64,000 nt of DNA from Ornithinimicrobium sp. (GCA_049649785.1 JBARZG010000103.1:2243-66242); one strand, 5' to 3'; shown: positions 18,262 through 26,952, counted from the stretch's first letter. Notes: a model not told the origin generated them from the letters alone. Translations and numbers: made by a program.

Positions 18262-18786
18262 ATGACAGAAGTAACCAGGACTCACGACCGACGCACGGTA
18301 AACGAGCCCGACACCACTGATGGCACCGCCAACCCGCGCGACATTGGCGATGACCGCGGAACGGCGAGGGAGCTCGACGTCCCCGAGTTGGCGCACGATC
18401 TGCGACTAGCCTGTATGCGAGTGTCCCGCCGGGTCAGATTCGAGGCCACTCAGGAGATCGCGCCGCACCAATTCAGTGTCTTGGCGCGGCTCGACGACGG
18501 GAGCGCAACGCTGGGGGAGTTGGCGACGCGGGAACGCGTGCGAGCACCCAGCATGAGTAGGACCGTTGGTGCCTTAGTGGAGTTGGGGTTGATCGCGCGA
18601 TCGGACGACCCGCAGGACGGGCGCGTCGTGCGGTTGACCCTCAGCGAGCATGGACATCAGGTGCTGGAACAGGAGCGCACCGGGCGGGATGCCTGGATGG
18701 CCGAGCGCTTGATGCATCTGAATCACCAGGACAAGGCAACGCTGCGAGCAGCTACGACTCTGTTGGAGCACGTGATTAACGAATGA
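18262..18786 (+). CDS. MarR family transcriptional regulator
   Basis: ATG at 18262 (MTEVTRTHD...). MarR wHTH (QFSVLARLDDGSATLGELATRERVRAPSMSRTVGALVELGLIARSDDPQDGR). ATGA overlap with the downstream MFS gene. Confidence 0.8.
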   Translation: MTEVTRTHDRRTVNEPDTTDGTANPRDIGDDRGTARELDVPELAHDLRLACMRVSRRVRFEATQEIAPHQFSVLARLDDGSATLGELATRERVRAPSMSRTVGALVELGLIARSDDPQDGRVVRLTLSEHGHQVLEQERTGRDAWMAERLMHLNHQDKATLRAATTLLEHVINE

Positions 18787-20093
18787 GCGCGGTGTTCGCT
18801 GCGCTCAGCGTGCGCAACTACCGGATCTATGCCGCCGGAGCGTTGGTGTCCAACACCGGCACCTGGATGGGCCGGGTCGCTCAAGACTGGGTGGTGTTGA
18901 CCCAGCTCACCGAAGGGTCGGCCCGCGCACTAGGCATCGTCACCGGGTTGCAGTTTCTGCCGATGCTGCTGTTCGCGCCGATCGGTGGGGCGCTATCCGA
19001 TCGCTTCGCCAAGCGTCGTGTGATGTTCATCGCGCAGTCAGTGATGGCCGCCACCGCGCTCATCATGGGTGTGTTGGTCTTGTCGGGAACCATGCAGTTG
19101 TGGCAGATGTATGTGTTGGCTTTCGTTCAGGGCAGCGCCGCCGCCGTTGATGCACCCGCTCGGCAGTCGTTCGTCTCCGAGTTGGTGCCACCGGAGCGGG
19201 TGACCAACGCGGTGGGACTCAACAGTGCTTCGTTTAACGGTGGGCGGTTGATTGGCCCCGGTTTGGCCGGATTGCTGATCGCAGCCGTCGGCACTGGGCC
19301 AACCCTGTTCGTCAATGCTGCCACCTTCGTCGCGGTGATGGTCGCACTGGCCATGCTGGACCCGGCGCGGCTACGGCCCAGCCCGCGCAGCCGAGGCAGC
19401 GGCCAGATCCGCCAGGGCATCCGGTATGTCCGGGGTCGTCCGGACATCTTGCTCATCATGGTGTTGGTCTTCGTGCACGGAACCTTCGGGATGAACTTCC
19501 AACTGACCAATGCTCTGATGGCCACCGAGGTCTTCGATCTCGGGGTCAAAGAGTTCGGACTGCTCGGGTCGGTGATGGCGATCGGTTCACTCGGTGGAGC
19601 GCTGTTGGCGGCCAAACGGGAACGGCCCCGATGGCGGATGCTGCTTGGCTCGTTCGCCGGGTTCACCCTCTGCACGGCGCTGTTGGCCCTGGCCCCCAGC
19701 TACGCTTGGTATGCGGTGCTGCTGGTGCCGACCGGGCTGACCGCCCTGACCGTGATGGTAACCGCCAACTCGATGGTGCAGCTGAGTGTCGATGCTGCGG
19801 TGCGTGGCCGGGTCATGTCCCTGTATATGGCCGTCTTCTTCGGCGGCACGCCACTCGGAGCGCCGCTGATCGGCATGATCGGTGATGAGTTCGGCGCCCG
19901 CTGGACGATCGGCATCGCCACCGTGATGTGCGGTCTGGCGGTGCTGGCTGCGACCCTATACCTCATGCGGATCGATGACCTGCACGTGCGCCGTGGCCCT
20001 TCCCTGTCCCAGCCGATGGTGCTGTGCCGCGGATCTCACGGAGCCGGTGAGGCCGACCGGGCCCGCCACGGCATACCCGAACAGGCCCGCTGA
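18783..20093 (+). CDS. MFS transporter
   Basis: 436 aa, about 12 TM helices, typical MFS layout. Coupled to the MarR gene. Confidence 0.85.
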   Translation: MSAVFAALSVRNYRIYAAGALVSNTGTWMGRVAQDWVVLTQLTEGSARALGIVTGLQFLPMLLFAPIGGALSDRFAKRRVMFIAQSVMAATALIMGVLVLSGTMQLWQMYVLAFVQGSAAAVDAPARQSFVSELVPPERVTNAVGLNSASFNGGRLIGPGLAGLLIAAVGTGPTLFVNAATFVAVMVALAMLDPARLRPSPRSRGSGQIRQGIRYVRGRPDILLIMVLVFVHGTFGMNFQLTNALMATEVFDLGVKEFGLLGSVMAIGSLGGALLAAKRERPRWRMLLGSFAGFTLCTALLALAPSYAWYAVLLVPTGLTALTVMVTANSMVQLSVDAAVRGRVMSLYMAVFFGGTPLGAPLIGMIGDEFGARWTIGIATVMCGLAVLAATLYLMRIDDLHVRRGPSLSQPMVLCRGSHGAGEADRARHGIPEQAR

Positions 20094-20199
20094 TGAACGC
20101 TCGTGCTCGCCGCTGGGTGGTTGTGCTCGCGTTGGTGGCGATGGTAACCACGGCAGCGATTGCCAGCGCCCTCGGAAACCTCAGCGGATAGGACTCGCG

Positions 20200-22035
20200 A
20201 TGACTTTCACCACGCGACCCACCCTGCAGGGCACGTTCGGCATGGTGTCTAGTACGCACTGGATGGCGTCAGCCGCGGCGATGGGCATCCTGGAGCGGGG
20301 CGGCAACGCCTTCGATGCCGCCGTATGCGCCGGGTTCGTCCTGCACGTCGTCGAGCCGCATCTCAACGGTCCTGGCGGAGATCTTCCGGCCATCGTCAGC
20401 GTGCCCGGCGGTGGGGCCCAGGTGCTCTGCGGACAAGGTCCGGCGCCGGCGGCGGCCACTGCCGAGCACTTCGTCGGTGCCGGCCTGGACATGGTGCCCG
20501 GATCGGGCCCGTTGGCAGCAGCCGTTCCCGGAGCCTTCGATGCGTGGATGTTGCTGCTGCGGGATCGGGGAACGATGAGCGTTGCCGACGTGCTGGCTCC
20601 GGCCGAGCACTACGCGCGCCACGGCGTGCCCGTCCTGCCGACCGTCCAGGCGGCGATCGAGGGCGCCCGCGACATCTTCATCGAGCATTGGCCAACATCA
20701 GCGCGGTTGTGGCTGCATGGGTCGGGGCGCCACGCACCCGCCGCCGGATCACTGCATACCAACGTTGTGTGGGCCGACACGTTGGCCGTGCTGATCCGGG
20801 AAGCCTCTGGCCCCGGGGCAAGCCGAGAGAGACAGATCGACCGAGCCCGCTCGGCGTGGTCACAAGGGTTCGTGGCGGAGCGGATCGGCGCCTTCGCGCA
20901 GCTCAGTCACCGCCACAGTGCCGGTCAGGTGCTGCCCGGGGTCATCACTGCCCAGGACTGCGCATCCTTCGCGGCAACGTGGGAGCAGCCGACCGTGCTG
21001 AGGTGGCACGGCCAAACGATCGCCAAGACCGGGCCGTGGGGACAGGGTCCTACCCTGCTCCAGGTGCTTGCGATGCGCGAGATCGGTGCTGAGCAGGGAG
21101 CCCAGGCGGGTTTCGACGTCGCCGCTCCGCTAGATTCTGCTGCTGGTATTCACGCGCTCCTCGAGTGCTGGAAACTGGTGATGGCCGATCGCGAAGCCTG
21201 GTACGGCGATAGCCCGGTGCGAGAGGTCAACCGCCCAGACGCGGTGTTGACCGACTTGCTGGACCCGCAGTATGCCGGTGCGCGGCAAAGCGGCAATACC
21301 GGCGAAGCGCAGAACCAACGGCCACCGGGGCGACCGGGTGGTCGACGGCCCCGGATGCCAGCCCTCGCCGGCCGCCCGGAGAGCCAGCAGCAGGCCGGCG
21401 GCGACGCCACACTGGGAGAGCCGACGGTGCGCCCGCCCGGGCCGCCAGATGGTGACACTTGCCACGTGGACGTCGTCGATCGCTGGGGCAACATGATCGC
21501 TGCTACGCCGAGTGGGGGGTGGCTGCAGTCGTCGCCGGCCATTGCGGACCTGGGATTCGCGCTCGGCACTCGGCTGCAGATGATGTGGCTGGAGCAAGGC
21601 CTGCCCTCATCACTGGTGCCGGGTGCTCGGCCCCGCAGCACCCTCAGCCCCACGATGGTGTTACGTGGGGGCGAGGCGATGCTAGCCTGCGGCTCGCCCG
21701 GCGGGGACCAGCAGGACCAGTGGCAGTCAGTGTTCTTGATACGGCATCTGCTGGAAGGACACAGTTTGCAAGAGGCGATCGATGCTCCGATGTTCCACAG
21801 CACGAGTTTCACGGGGTCCTTCTACCCACGCCTAATGGATCCCGGTGGGGTCGTGGCTGAGACGCGCCTCGGCGAGGCGGTGCTGAACGACCTCGAGCGA
21901 CGAGGACATCGGGTGCAGCGCAGTGGGCCGTGGAGTCTGTCTCGGCTCTGCGCGGTTGCCCGTGACCCGCAGACCGGCCTGCTCAGCGCCGGGGCCAACC
22001 CGCGCGGAATGCAGGGGTATGCGGTAGGCCGCTAA
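20200..22035 (+). CDS. gamma-glutamyltransferase family protein
   Basis: ATG at 20200 (MTFTTRPTLQGTFGMVSSTHWMASAAAMGILERGGNAFDAAV) is a family-typical N-terminus. The catalytic Thr region (DTCHVDVVD) is present. The 75 upstream codons of ORF 19975..22035 are non-protein-like. Confidence 0.9.
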   Translation: MTFTTRPTLQGTFGMVSSTHWMASAAAMGILERGGNAFDAAVCAGFVLHVVEPHLNGPGGDLPAIVSVPGGGAQVLCGQGPAPAAATAEHFVGAGLDMVPGSGPLAAAVPGAFDAWMLLLRDRGTMSVADVLAPAEHYARHGVPVLPTVQAAIEGARDIFIEHWPTSARLWLHGSGRHAPAAGSLHTNVVWADTLAVLIREASGPGASRERQIDRARSAWSQGFVAERIGAFAQLSHRHSAGQVLPGVITAQDCASFAATWEQPTVLRWHGQTIAKTGPWGQGPTLLQVLAMREIGAEQGAQAGFDVAAPLDSAAGIHALLECWKLVMADREAWYGDSPVREVNRPDAVLTDLLDPQYAGARQSGNTGEAQNQRPPGRPGGRRPRMPALAGRPESQQQAGGDATLGEPTVRPPGPPDGDTCHVDVVDRWGNMIAATPSGGWLQSSPAIADLGFALGTRLQMMWLEQGLPSSLVPGARPRSTLSPTMVLRGGEAMLACGSPGGDQQDQWQSVFLIRHLLEGHSLQEAIDAPMFHSTSFTGSFYPRLMDPGGVVAETRLGEAVLNDLERRGHRVQRSGPWSLSRLCAVARDPQTGLLSAGANPRGMQGYAVGR

Positions 22036-22040
22036 GCGTC

Positions 22041-22598
22041 CTAAGCGTCATCGTTTGCGGGGCCACCAGCGTCGGCGCCCGCGGGGCCGCCAGCGTCCGC
22101 GGGAGGGTTGGGTCGCATGGTGACCTCGGCTCGCGCGTGCTTGGTTGGGGTGGTTGAAGAGGTGGTCCGGGTGGGGCGGGACTTTGCGGTCGGCGCGGTC
22201 GCGCTCCTCTTTCGGGTGGCGGCACGCAATCGCTGCGCCGGCGTCGGCTCGTCTTCTGGGCGGATGCGCTTGGTGAGATCGACATTCTTGAGCAACTCGG
22301 CATATGCGGCGTTCGTCCGCGGGTGCACCGCGATGGGCTCATCGCCGGAGAAGACGATCCAGTGCGGGGCGTTGCGATGGAAGATCTGCAGGGTCGAGCC
22401 GTCGATGACTGTGCCGGCGTGCTGGATGGCCTTCTTGTGCTGGTTGCCCTTGTCGACCTTGGCCTGGACATAGCGCTCGGCCGGCTCACGGCCCGCCTTG
22501 AGTTGGTCGAGCACCTTCGGACCATACCGGCGCGAGGCTTCGTAGAAGATCGGCCCATACTTGATCGCCGCCCCAACCGCCTTGCCCTTGCCCGCCAC
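22041..22598 (-). CDS. hypothetical protein with a disordered Thr/Ala/Pro-rich tail
   Basis: GTG at 22598 lies 6 nt downstream of AGGGAAGGA. The first ~125 aa look globular (AIKYGPIFYEASRRYGPKVLDQLKAG...). No family recognised. Confidence 0.5.
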   Translation of the reverse strand: MAGKGKAVGAAIKYGPIFYEASRRYGPKVLDQLKAGREPAERYVQAKVDKGNQHKKAIQHAGTVIDGSTLQIFHRNAPHWIVFSGDEPIAVHPRTNAAYAELLKNVDLTKRIRPEDEPTPAQRLRAATRKRSATAPTAKSRPTRTTSSTTPTKHARAEVTMRPNPPADAGGPAGADAGGPANDDA

Positions 22599-22702
22599 AG
22601 CGTGTCCTTCCCTGGTGAACTGAATGTGCCTACCACTGTATGTTGCCCCGCCGATCCGATGCCCACCTGTGTGTTCAGTGCGACGTGGCGGACAATGGGC
22701 CC

Positions 22703-23383
22703 ATGCCTCTTGTAGATCGGGTCGAATACGACGGTGAAGGACTTTCCGAATCCCAGATGGCCCCAACCCTGTTGGAACAGATCGACAGTTGGGTCGATCA
22801 GGCGCAGGCGCGGCATCGGGACCACGGCGATGTGCCCGAGCCTCGTGCGCTGTCCGTGGCGACCGTGGATGCCCAGGGTCAACCAGATGTGCGCACGGTG
22901 CTGATGCGCTTTCTGCAGCCCCGTGGCATCGCCTTCTTGACGAACACTTCCTCGGCCAAGGGGATGCAGCTCGCCGCAAACCAGCGCTTGGCGGCCAGCT
23001 TGACCTGGCCCTCGATGTACCGGTCCATCCGATTCGCCGGAGTGGCCGAGCGGGTCGACGACAAGGATGTGCGCGACTACTTCATCGACCGGCCATGGGC
23101 CTCGCGGATCAGCGCGTGGGCCTCTGCCCAATCCCGACCCACAGACTCGCGAGAGACGCTGGAAGCGGCATACCAAGAGTATGCCGAGCGATATCCTGAC
23201 ACTGGGGACGGCGGCGACGTGCCCGTGCCGCCGGAATGGGGCGGGTATTGGCTGCTACCGCACCGGGTGGAGTTTTGGGCCGGGCGGCGGAACAGGCTGC
23301 ACGACCGCTTGGCGTTCAGCCGCAGCAGCCCCGGCCCGTTGGATGCTGCGGACGGGTGGACGCGGCAACGTCTGCAGCCATGA
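22703..23383 (+). CDS. pdxH: pyridoxamine 5'-phosphate oxidase
   Basis: ATG at 22703. Typical PdxH sequence ending ...WTRQRLQP. Confidence 0.9.
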   Translation: MPLVDRVEYDGEGLSESQMAPTLLEQIDSWVDQAQARHRDHGDVPEPRALSVATVDAQGQPDVRTVLMRFLQPRGIAFLTNTSSAKGMQLAANQRLAASLTWPSMYRSIRFAGVAERVDDKDVRDYFIDRPWASRISAWASAQSRPTDSRETLEAAYQEYAERYPDTGDGGDVPVPPEWGGYWLLPHRVEFWAGRRNRLHDRLAFSRSSPGPLDAADGWTRQRLQP

Positions 23384-23441
23384 GGGGGTCGGCTTTACGA
23401 TGTGATCTGCCCGATGTGCGGAGCGGAAGGGGCAAGCGAGC

Positions 23442-24140
23442 ATGAGCGATCTGATCGACACGACGGAGATGTACCTCAAGGCCATCTATGAGTTGATCGA
23501 GGACGGTGTGGTGCCGATGCGCGCCCGTATCGCCGAGCGACTGCACCACTCTGGCCCGACGGTGAGTCAGACCGTGGCGCGGATGGAGCGGGACGGTTTG
23601 CTGCACCTTGGCCAAGACCGCCAACTGACCTTGACCGAGCACGGAAACCTCCAGGCGGTGCGGGTGATGCGCAAGCACCGGCTCGCCGAGCGATTGCTGG
23701 TCGATGTTATTGGTCTGGATGCGGCATACGTGCACGACGAGGCCTGTCGGTGGGAGCACGTGATGAGCGATCGCGTCGAGGCGCGGATTTTGACCTTGAT
23801 CGCCGAAACCGAACGCTCGCCCTACGGCAATCCGATCCCAGGACTGGAGGAGCTCGGTGGTACATCTTCGGCCGCACCGGCCGGAGGGATGACGGTGTGG
23901 CAAGCCGCGCGCGATGGCCACCAGCACGCCTTCATCTTGCGCATCGGCGAGCCCGCACAGGTCGATCCGGGATCGCTAGGGGTGCTCCTGGCGGCGGGTA
24001 TCGCGCCGGGGGCCAGAGTGCAGTTGCACGTCGAGGGCGACCGTGTCCGGATGCGTGTCGCCGGAGCGGAGGCCATCACCGTCCCAGAAGATCTGGCCGC
24101 GCACGTATTCGCTGAGATCTCAGAAATGCCTGGTGGTTAG
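23442..24140 (+). CDS. ideR: DtxR/IdeR family metal-dependent transcriptional repressor
   Basis: MSDLIDTTEMYLKAIYELIEDGVVPMRARIAERLHHSGPTVSQTVARMERDGLL...RKHRLAERLLVDVIGL...CRWEHVMS, plus an SH3-like C-terminal domain. Confidence 0.9.
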   Translation: MSDLIDTTEMYLKAIYELIEDGVVPMRARIAERLHHSGPTVSQTVARMERDGLLHLGQDRQLTLTEHGNLQAVRVMRKHRLAERLLVDVIGLDAAYVHDEACRWEHVMSDRVEARILTLIAETERSPYGNPIPGLEELGGTSSAAPAGGMTVWQAARDGHQHAFILRIGEPAQVDPGSLGVLLAAGIAPGARVQLHVEGDRVRMRVAGAEAITVPEDLAAHVFAEISEMPGG

Positions 24141-24150
24141 GCATCCTTGC

Positions 24151-24182
24151 CCTTTCGTGATGTGAGGTCAGTCACGAAAAGG
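24151..24182 (+). terminator. hairpin after ideR
   Basis: cctttcgtga...tcacgaaaagg: a 10-bp stem with one bulge in a locally AT-richer stretch. Confidence 0.45.
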
Positions 24183-24276
24183 AAGGTTGGAAACGCTTTC
24201 GCCTTGTATTTATGCAGGTCAGAGGCTCACCTACAAATTTTTGCTGAAGTCGTCCGTCCTCGGCCTTTACCGAAAC

Positions 24277-24306
24277 GTGACATACCCGGGTGACCGTGTG
24301 TACTGT
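24277..24306 (+). promoter_or_regulatory. candidate sigma-A-type promoter of riboswitch/NlpC-P60 cassette 1
   Basis: -35 GTGACA (24277-24282), 18-nt spacer, -10 TACTGT (24301-24306). The 11-mer AAACGTGACAT is shared with cassette 2. Confidence 0.35.
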
Positions 24307-24340
24307 CGATAACGCGCCGCTAGACCTAGCGCCGCCTCAC

Positions 24341-24514
24341 CGCTACGCCGAGTCCTGTCACCGCGGTTGAGTCCAAATGCACACCCGCGGACAGGAGCGG
24401 GGATCACGCCGAAGACGCCCTTGACGGGCAACGGCAGCCGTGTTTTCACCGCCCCGTGCGGATGAAGACAACCGGGCACACCTCCGGCCCGGCGCACAGC
24501 GATCTCCGCAGGCC
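24341..24514 (+). promoter_or_regulatory. cyclic-di-AMP riboswitch (ydaO/yuaA class), copy 1
   Basis: CCGAGUCCUGUC...GACAGGAGCGGGGAUCAC...GCGGAUGAAGAC...CCGGCCCGGCGCACAGCGAUCUCCGCAGGCC. Parallels the ydaO consensus blocks (GAGCGGGGGACCCA / GGGGUGAAUC / CCGAAUCCGACAGCUAACCUCGUAAGC) and copy 2. Directly 5' of an NlpC/P60 gene. Confidence 0.7.
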
Positions 24515-24530
24515 ATAGAGAGGTTCAAAC

Positions 24531-25475
24531 GTGTCCCAAAACATCATCGGTCGCCACCGTGCGCCCAGCAAGATCACCCTGACGAGCATTGCGCTGTCTC
24601 GCTCCGTGAAGGTCACCGCAGTGGCAGCTACCTCTGGTGGCTTGCTTGCGGCGGCCGCCGCACCGACGAGCGCCAGCCCGCGTGGCGTTGTCGAAGACTT
24701 GGCCGCCGTGGCCAGCGACAGCACGACCGGTTCCATCGGCGTCGACCTGCTGTCCGTGCAGTTGCCCGCGGTGGTCGCACCCTCAGACCGCCCGGCCGTT
24801 GCGGCCGTGGCCCCGAAGGTGAGCCCGTCGGTGGACGCCAAGTCTTTCGGCACCACCGGCTTCGTCGGTGTCGAGCCGCCGGCCCCCGAGCCCGAGCCCG
24901 AGCCGGTTTCGCCAACGACCGAGTCCACCTCGGAGGGCTCCACGGCCGAAGCCTCGCCGTCAGAGTCCTCGTCGCAGGAGTCCTCGAGCTCGGAGTCCTC
25001 GTCGCAGGAGTCCTCGACCACAGAGTCATCGACCACAGAGTCCTCGACCACGGAGTCATCAACCAGCGAGCGCGAGTCCAGTTCAGTTAGCCGGACTGAG
25101 ACTCGTGAGGAGGAGCCCGCGCCCGAGGCTGCCCCGGCTCCCACCGGCGGGGTTCTCGGTGTCGCCGCGAGCTACACCGGCATCATGTACAGCTACGGCG
25201 GAACGACGCCGGCCGGCTTCGACTGCTCCGGATACACCTCATACGTCTACGCCCAAGTCGGTGTCTCGCTACCTCGCACCGCCGAGGGCCAGCGTCAGGC
25301 CACCACAGCCACCAGCAACCCGCAACCGGGCGACTTGGTGTTCTTCGGCTCACCGGCCTACCACGTCGGCATCTACGCCGGTAACGGCATGATGTATGAC
25401 TCGGGTCGGGCAGGCATTCCGACCCAGCTGCGTTCCGTGTTCGACGGCGTCAGCGGTTACGGCCGCGTCGGCTGA
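24531..25475 (+). CDS. secreted NlpC/P60 family peptidoglycan endopeptidase with a Ser/Glu/Thr-rich linker
   Basis: GTG start after AGAGAGG. N-terminus GRHRAPSK plus a signal-like segment. C-terminal NlpC/P60 domain (YSYGGTTPAGFDCSGYTSYVYAQVGVSLPRT...HVGIYAGNGMMYDS). Confidence 0.9.
   Translation: MSQNIIGRHRAPSKITLTSIALSRSVKVTAVAATSGGLLAAAAAPTSASPRGVVEDLAAVASDSTTGSIGVDLLSVQLPAVVAPSDRPAVAAVAPKVSPSVDAKSFGTTGFVGVEPPAPEPEPEPVSPTTESTSEGSTAEASPSESSSQESSSSESSSQESSTTESSTTESSTTESSTSERESSSVSRTETREEEPAPEAAPAPTGGVLGVAASYTGIMYSYGGTTPAGFDCSGYTSYVYAQVGVSLPRTAEGQRQATTATSNPQPGDLVFFGSPAYHVGIYAGNGMMYDSGRAGIPTQLRSVFDGVSGYGRVG
24963..25067 (+). repeat. 15-bp x 7 in-frame tandem repeat (ESSSQ/ESSTT pentapeptides)
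   Basis: gagtcctcgtcgcag, gagtcctcgagctcg, gagtcctcgtcgcag, gagtcctcgaccaca, gagtcatcgaccaca, gagtcctcgaccacg, gagtcatcaaccagc. Confidence 0.9.
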
Positions 25476-25495
25476 TCCCGATCTTGACCACGACC

Positions 25496-25524
25496 AAGGC
25501 CCTCGCCAGTGCGGTGAGGGCCTT
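25496..25524 (+). terminator. hairpin after the NlpC/P60 gene
   Basis: aaggccctc-gccagtgcggt-gagggcctt: a 9-bp perfect stem. Confidence 0.55.
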
Positions 25525-25811
25525 CGTCGCGGTCACGGTGTTCTCTCCCGAGGTGGCTCACGATCTGGGATCGTGTGTTGGGAGGCGCGATCGTCCCTCA
25601 TCTGCCGACGACACGCCCGCTGAAAACGGCTCAAGGGTTCACGTGCACCCGTGAGCCGTCCGCGCCCGGGCGTGTCGCGGGACGGGCATGCGGTCGGGGA
25701 TGCTGTCGGAAATGTTGCGAGTCGGGCTCGTCACCACCTAGGGGTCCTCGGATCCCGTCCGTGAGCCAGACGAGACTCCCGAGGCCAGTTCACGCGGTCC
25801 CCGCGACTGAG

Positions 25812-25851
25812 AACAACGAAGGCCCTACCCGGTGCGGGGGGCTTCGTTGTT
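25812..25851 (-). terminator. hairpin downstream of the CNNM operon (may act in both directions)
   Basis: aacaacgaag...cttcgttgtt: a 10-bp perfect stem flanked by T-rich runs on both strands. Confidence 0.5.
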
Positions 25852-25896
25852 GTCGTGGGCCCGCTTGGTCTGCATGACGTTGCAGGGGCCACGGCG

Positions 25897-26952
25897 CTAC
25901 CTCAACCCGTCCGCGGTGTCCGTCTCGTCGTAGAACTCACCCAGAATTTGCTCCAAGATGTCTTCCAGCGAAGCCAATCCGACGAGGTTGCCGCCGGCGT
26001 CGCGGACCAGCGCGAGTTGGGCCCGCTCGCTGCGCATGTGACTCACCGCGTCGATCAACGGTAGGTCGTCCTGCAGCCAGGTCGGGTCCTGTAAGAAATC
26101 CTGCACCGGGGTGTGTTCGTGACCGCGTGAGGTGGACCGCATCGCATCCCGCACATGCACCAGGCCAACCACCCCGTCGTCGGAGTCGTGAACGAACAAC
26201 CGGGAGCGACCGCTCTCGCGGCAAGCCGACTCCACGTCGCTGGCGGTGCTGTCCGGTGGCGTAGTGACTGCCTCGTCGACGCTGAACATCACCGTCGAAA
26301 CGGTCTCGGACTCTAGCCGCAATGCACCGGTGAGCATCTGGTGATCCGCGTCCCGGAGGAGTCCGTGCTCATGGGATTGCGCGAGCAGCAACTGCAAGTC
26401 TGCTGGGCCGTGTGTTGCGGACTCCACGGTGTCGATGGGTTCGACCTTGACCAACCGCAACAGCCCGTTGGCCATACCGTTCAGTACAAACAACACCGGA
26501 CGCACCACCCAGGTGAACGCACGAAACGGTAAGGCAAGCAGCAGGGCCGACGGCTCAGGGTGCGAGATGGCCCAGGACTTCGGGGCCATCTCGCCGACCA
26601 CCATGTGCAAGAAGACCACGATCGATACCGCGATGATCACTGCGATGACGTGGCTCAACCCGTCGGGAAGCCCGAAGCTATGAAACGCAGGCTCCAGGAA
26701 GTGTGCAATCGCCGGTTCGGACAGGGCGCCGAGCCCCAGGGTGCACAAGGTGATGCCGAGCTGGGCCCCCGCCAACATCAACGACAGCTCTCGGTGGGCG
26801 GCGACCGCTGCCTTGGCCCGGCGGCCTCCGTCGGCAGCAGCTTCGTCCAGACGGTGACGCTTCGAGGCGACCACGGCGAATTCCGTGCCCACGAAGAACC
26901 CGTTCAGGATCAGCAGGATGAGGGAAATCAGCAGCGCAGCGCCGGTGCTCAT
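25897..26952 (-). CDS. CNNM/DUF21 + CBS-pair membrane protein (hemolysin/CorB family)
   Basis: 351 aa. N-terminal DUF21 TM domain (LNGFFVGTEFAVVASKRHRL) followed by a CBS pair. Confidence 0.85.
   Translation of the reverse strand: MSTGAALLISLILLILNGFFVGTEFAVVASKRHRLDEAAADGGRRAKAAVAAHRELSLMLAGAQLGITLCTLGLGALSEPAIAHFLEPAFHSFGLPDGLSHVIAVIIAVSIVVFLHMVVGEMAPKSWAISHPEPSALLLALPFRAFTWVVRPVLFVLNGMANGLLRLVKVEPIDTVESATHGPADLQLLLAQSHEHGLLRDADHQMLTGALRLESETVSTVMFSVDEAVTTPPDSTASDVESACRESGRSRLFVHDSDDGVVGLVHVRDAMRSTSRGHEHTPVQDFLQDPTWLQDDLPLIDAVSHMRSERAQLALVRDAGGNLVGLASLEDILEQILGEFYDETDTADGLR

Noticed and set aside
19975-20199. 75-codon N-terminal extension of the GGT ORF
   Set aside because: The extension overlaps the MFS gene 3' end and is Cys/Arg/Pro-rich. 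The ATG at 20200 gives the family-typical N-terminus.
24128-24155. IdeR/DtxR iron box overlapping the end of ideR (GGTTAGGCATCC)
   Set aside because: Only one half-site resembles TTAGGTTAGGCTAACCTAA, and the second half does not match. It also sits at the 3' end of the gene rather than in a promoter.
25525-25811. sRNA or small gene between the two hairpins downstream of the first NlpC/P60 gene
   Set aside because: The only ORF (25575..25877) is Cys/Arg/Pro-rich and implausible. The local hairpins are no stronger than expected in GC-rich DNA. Nothing beyond position supports a call.
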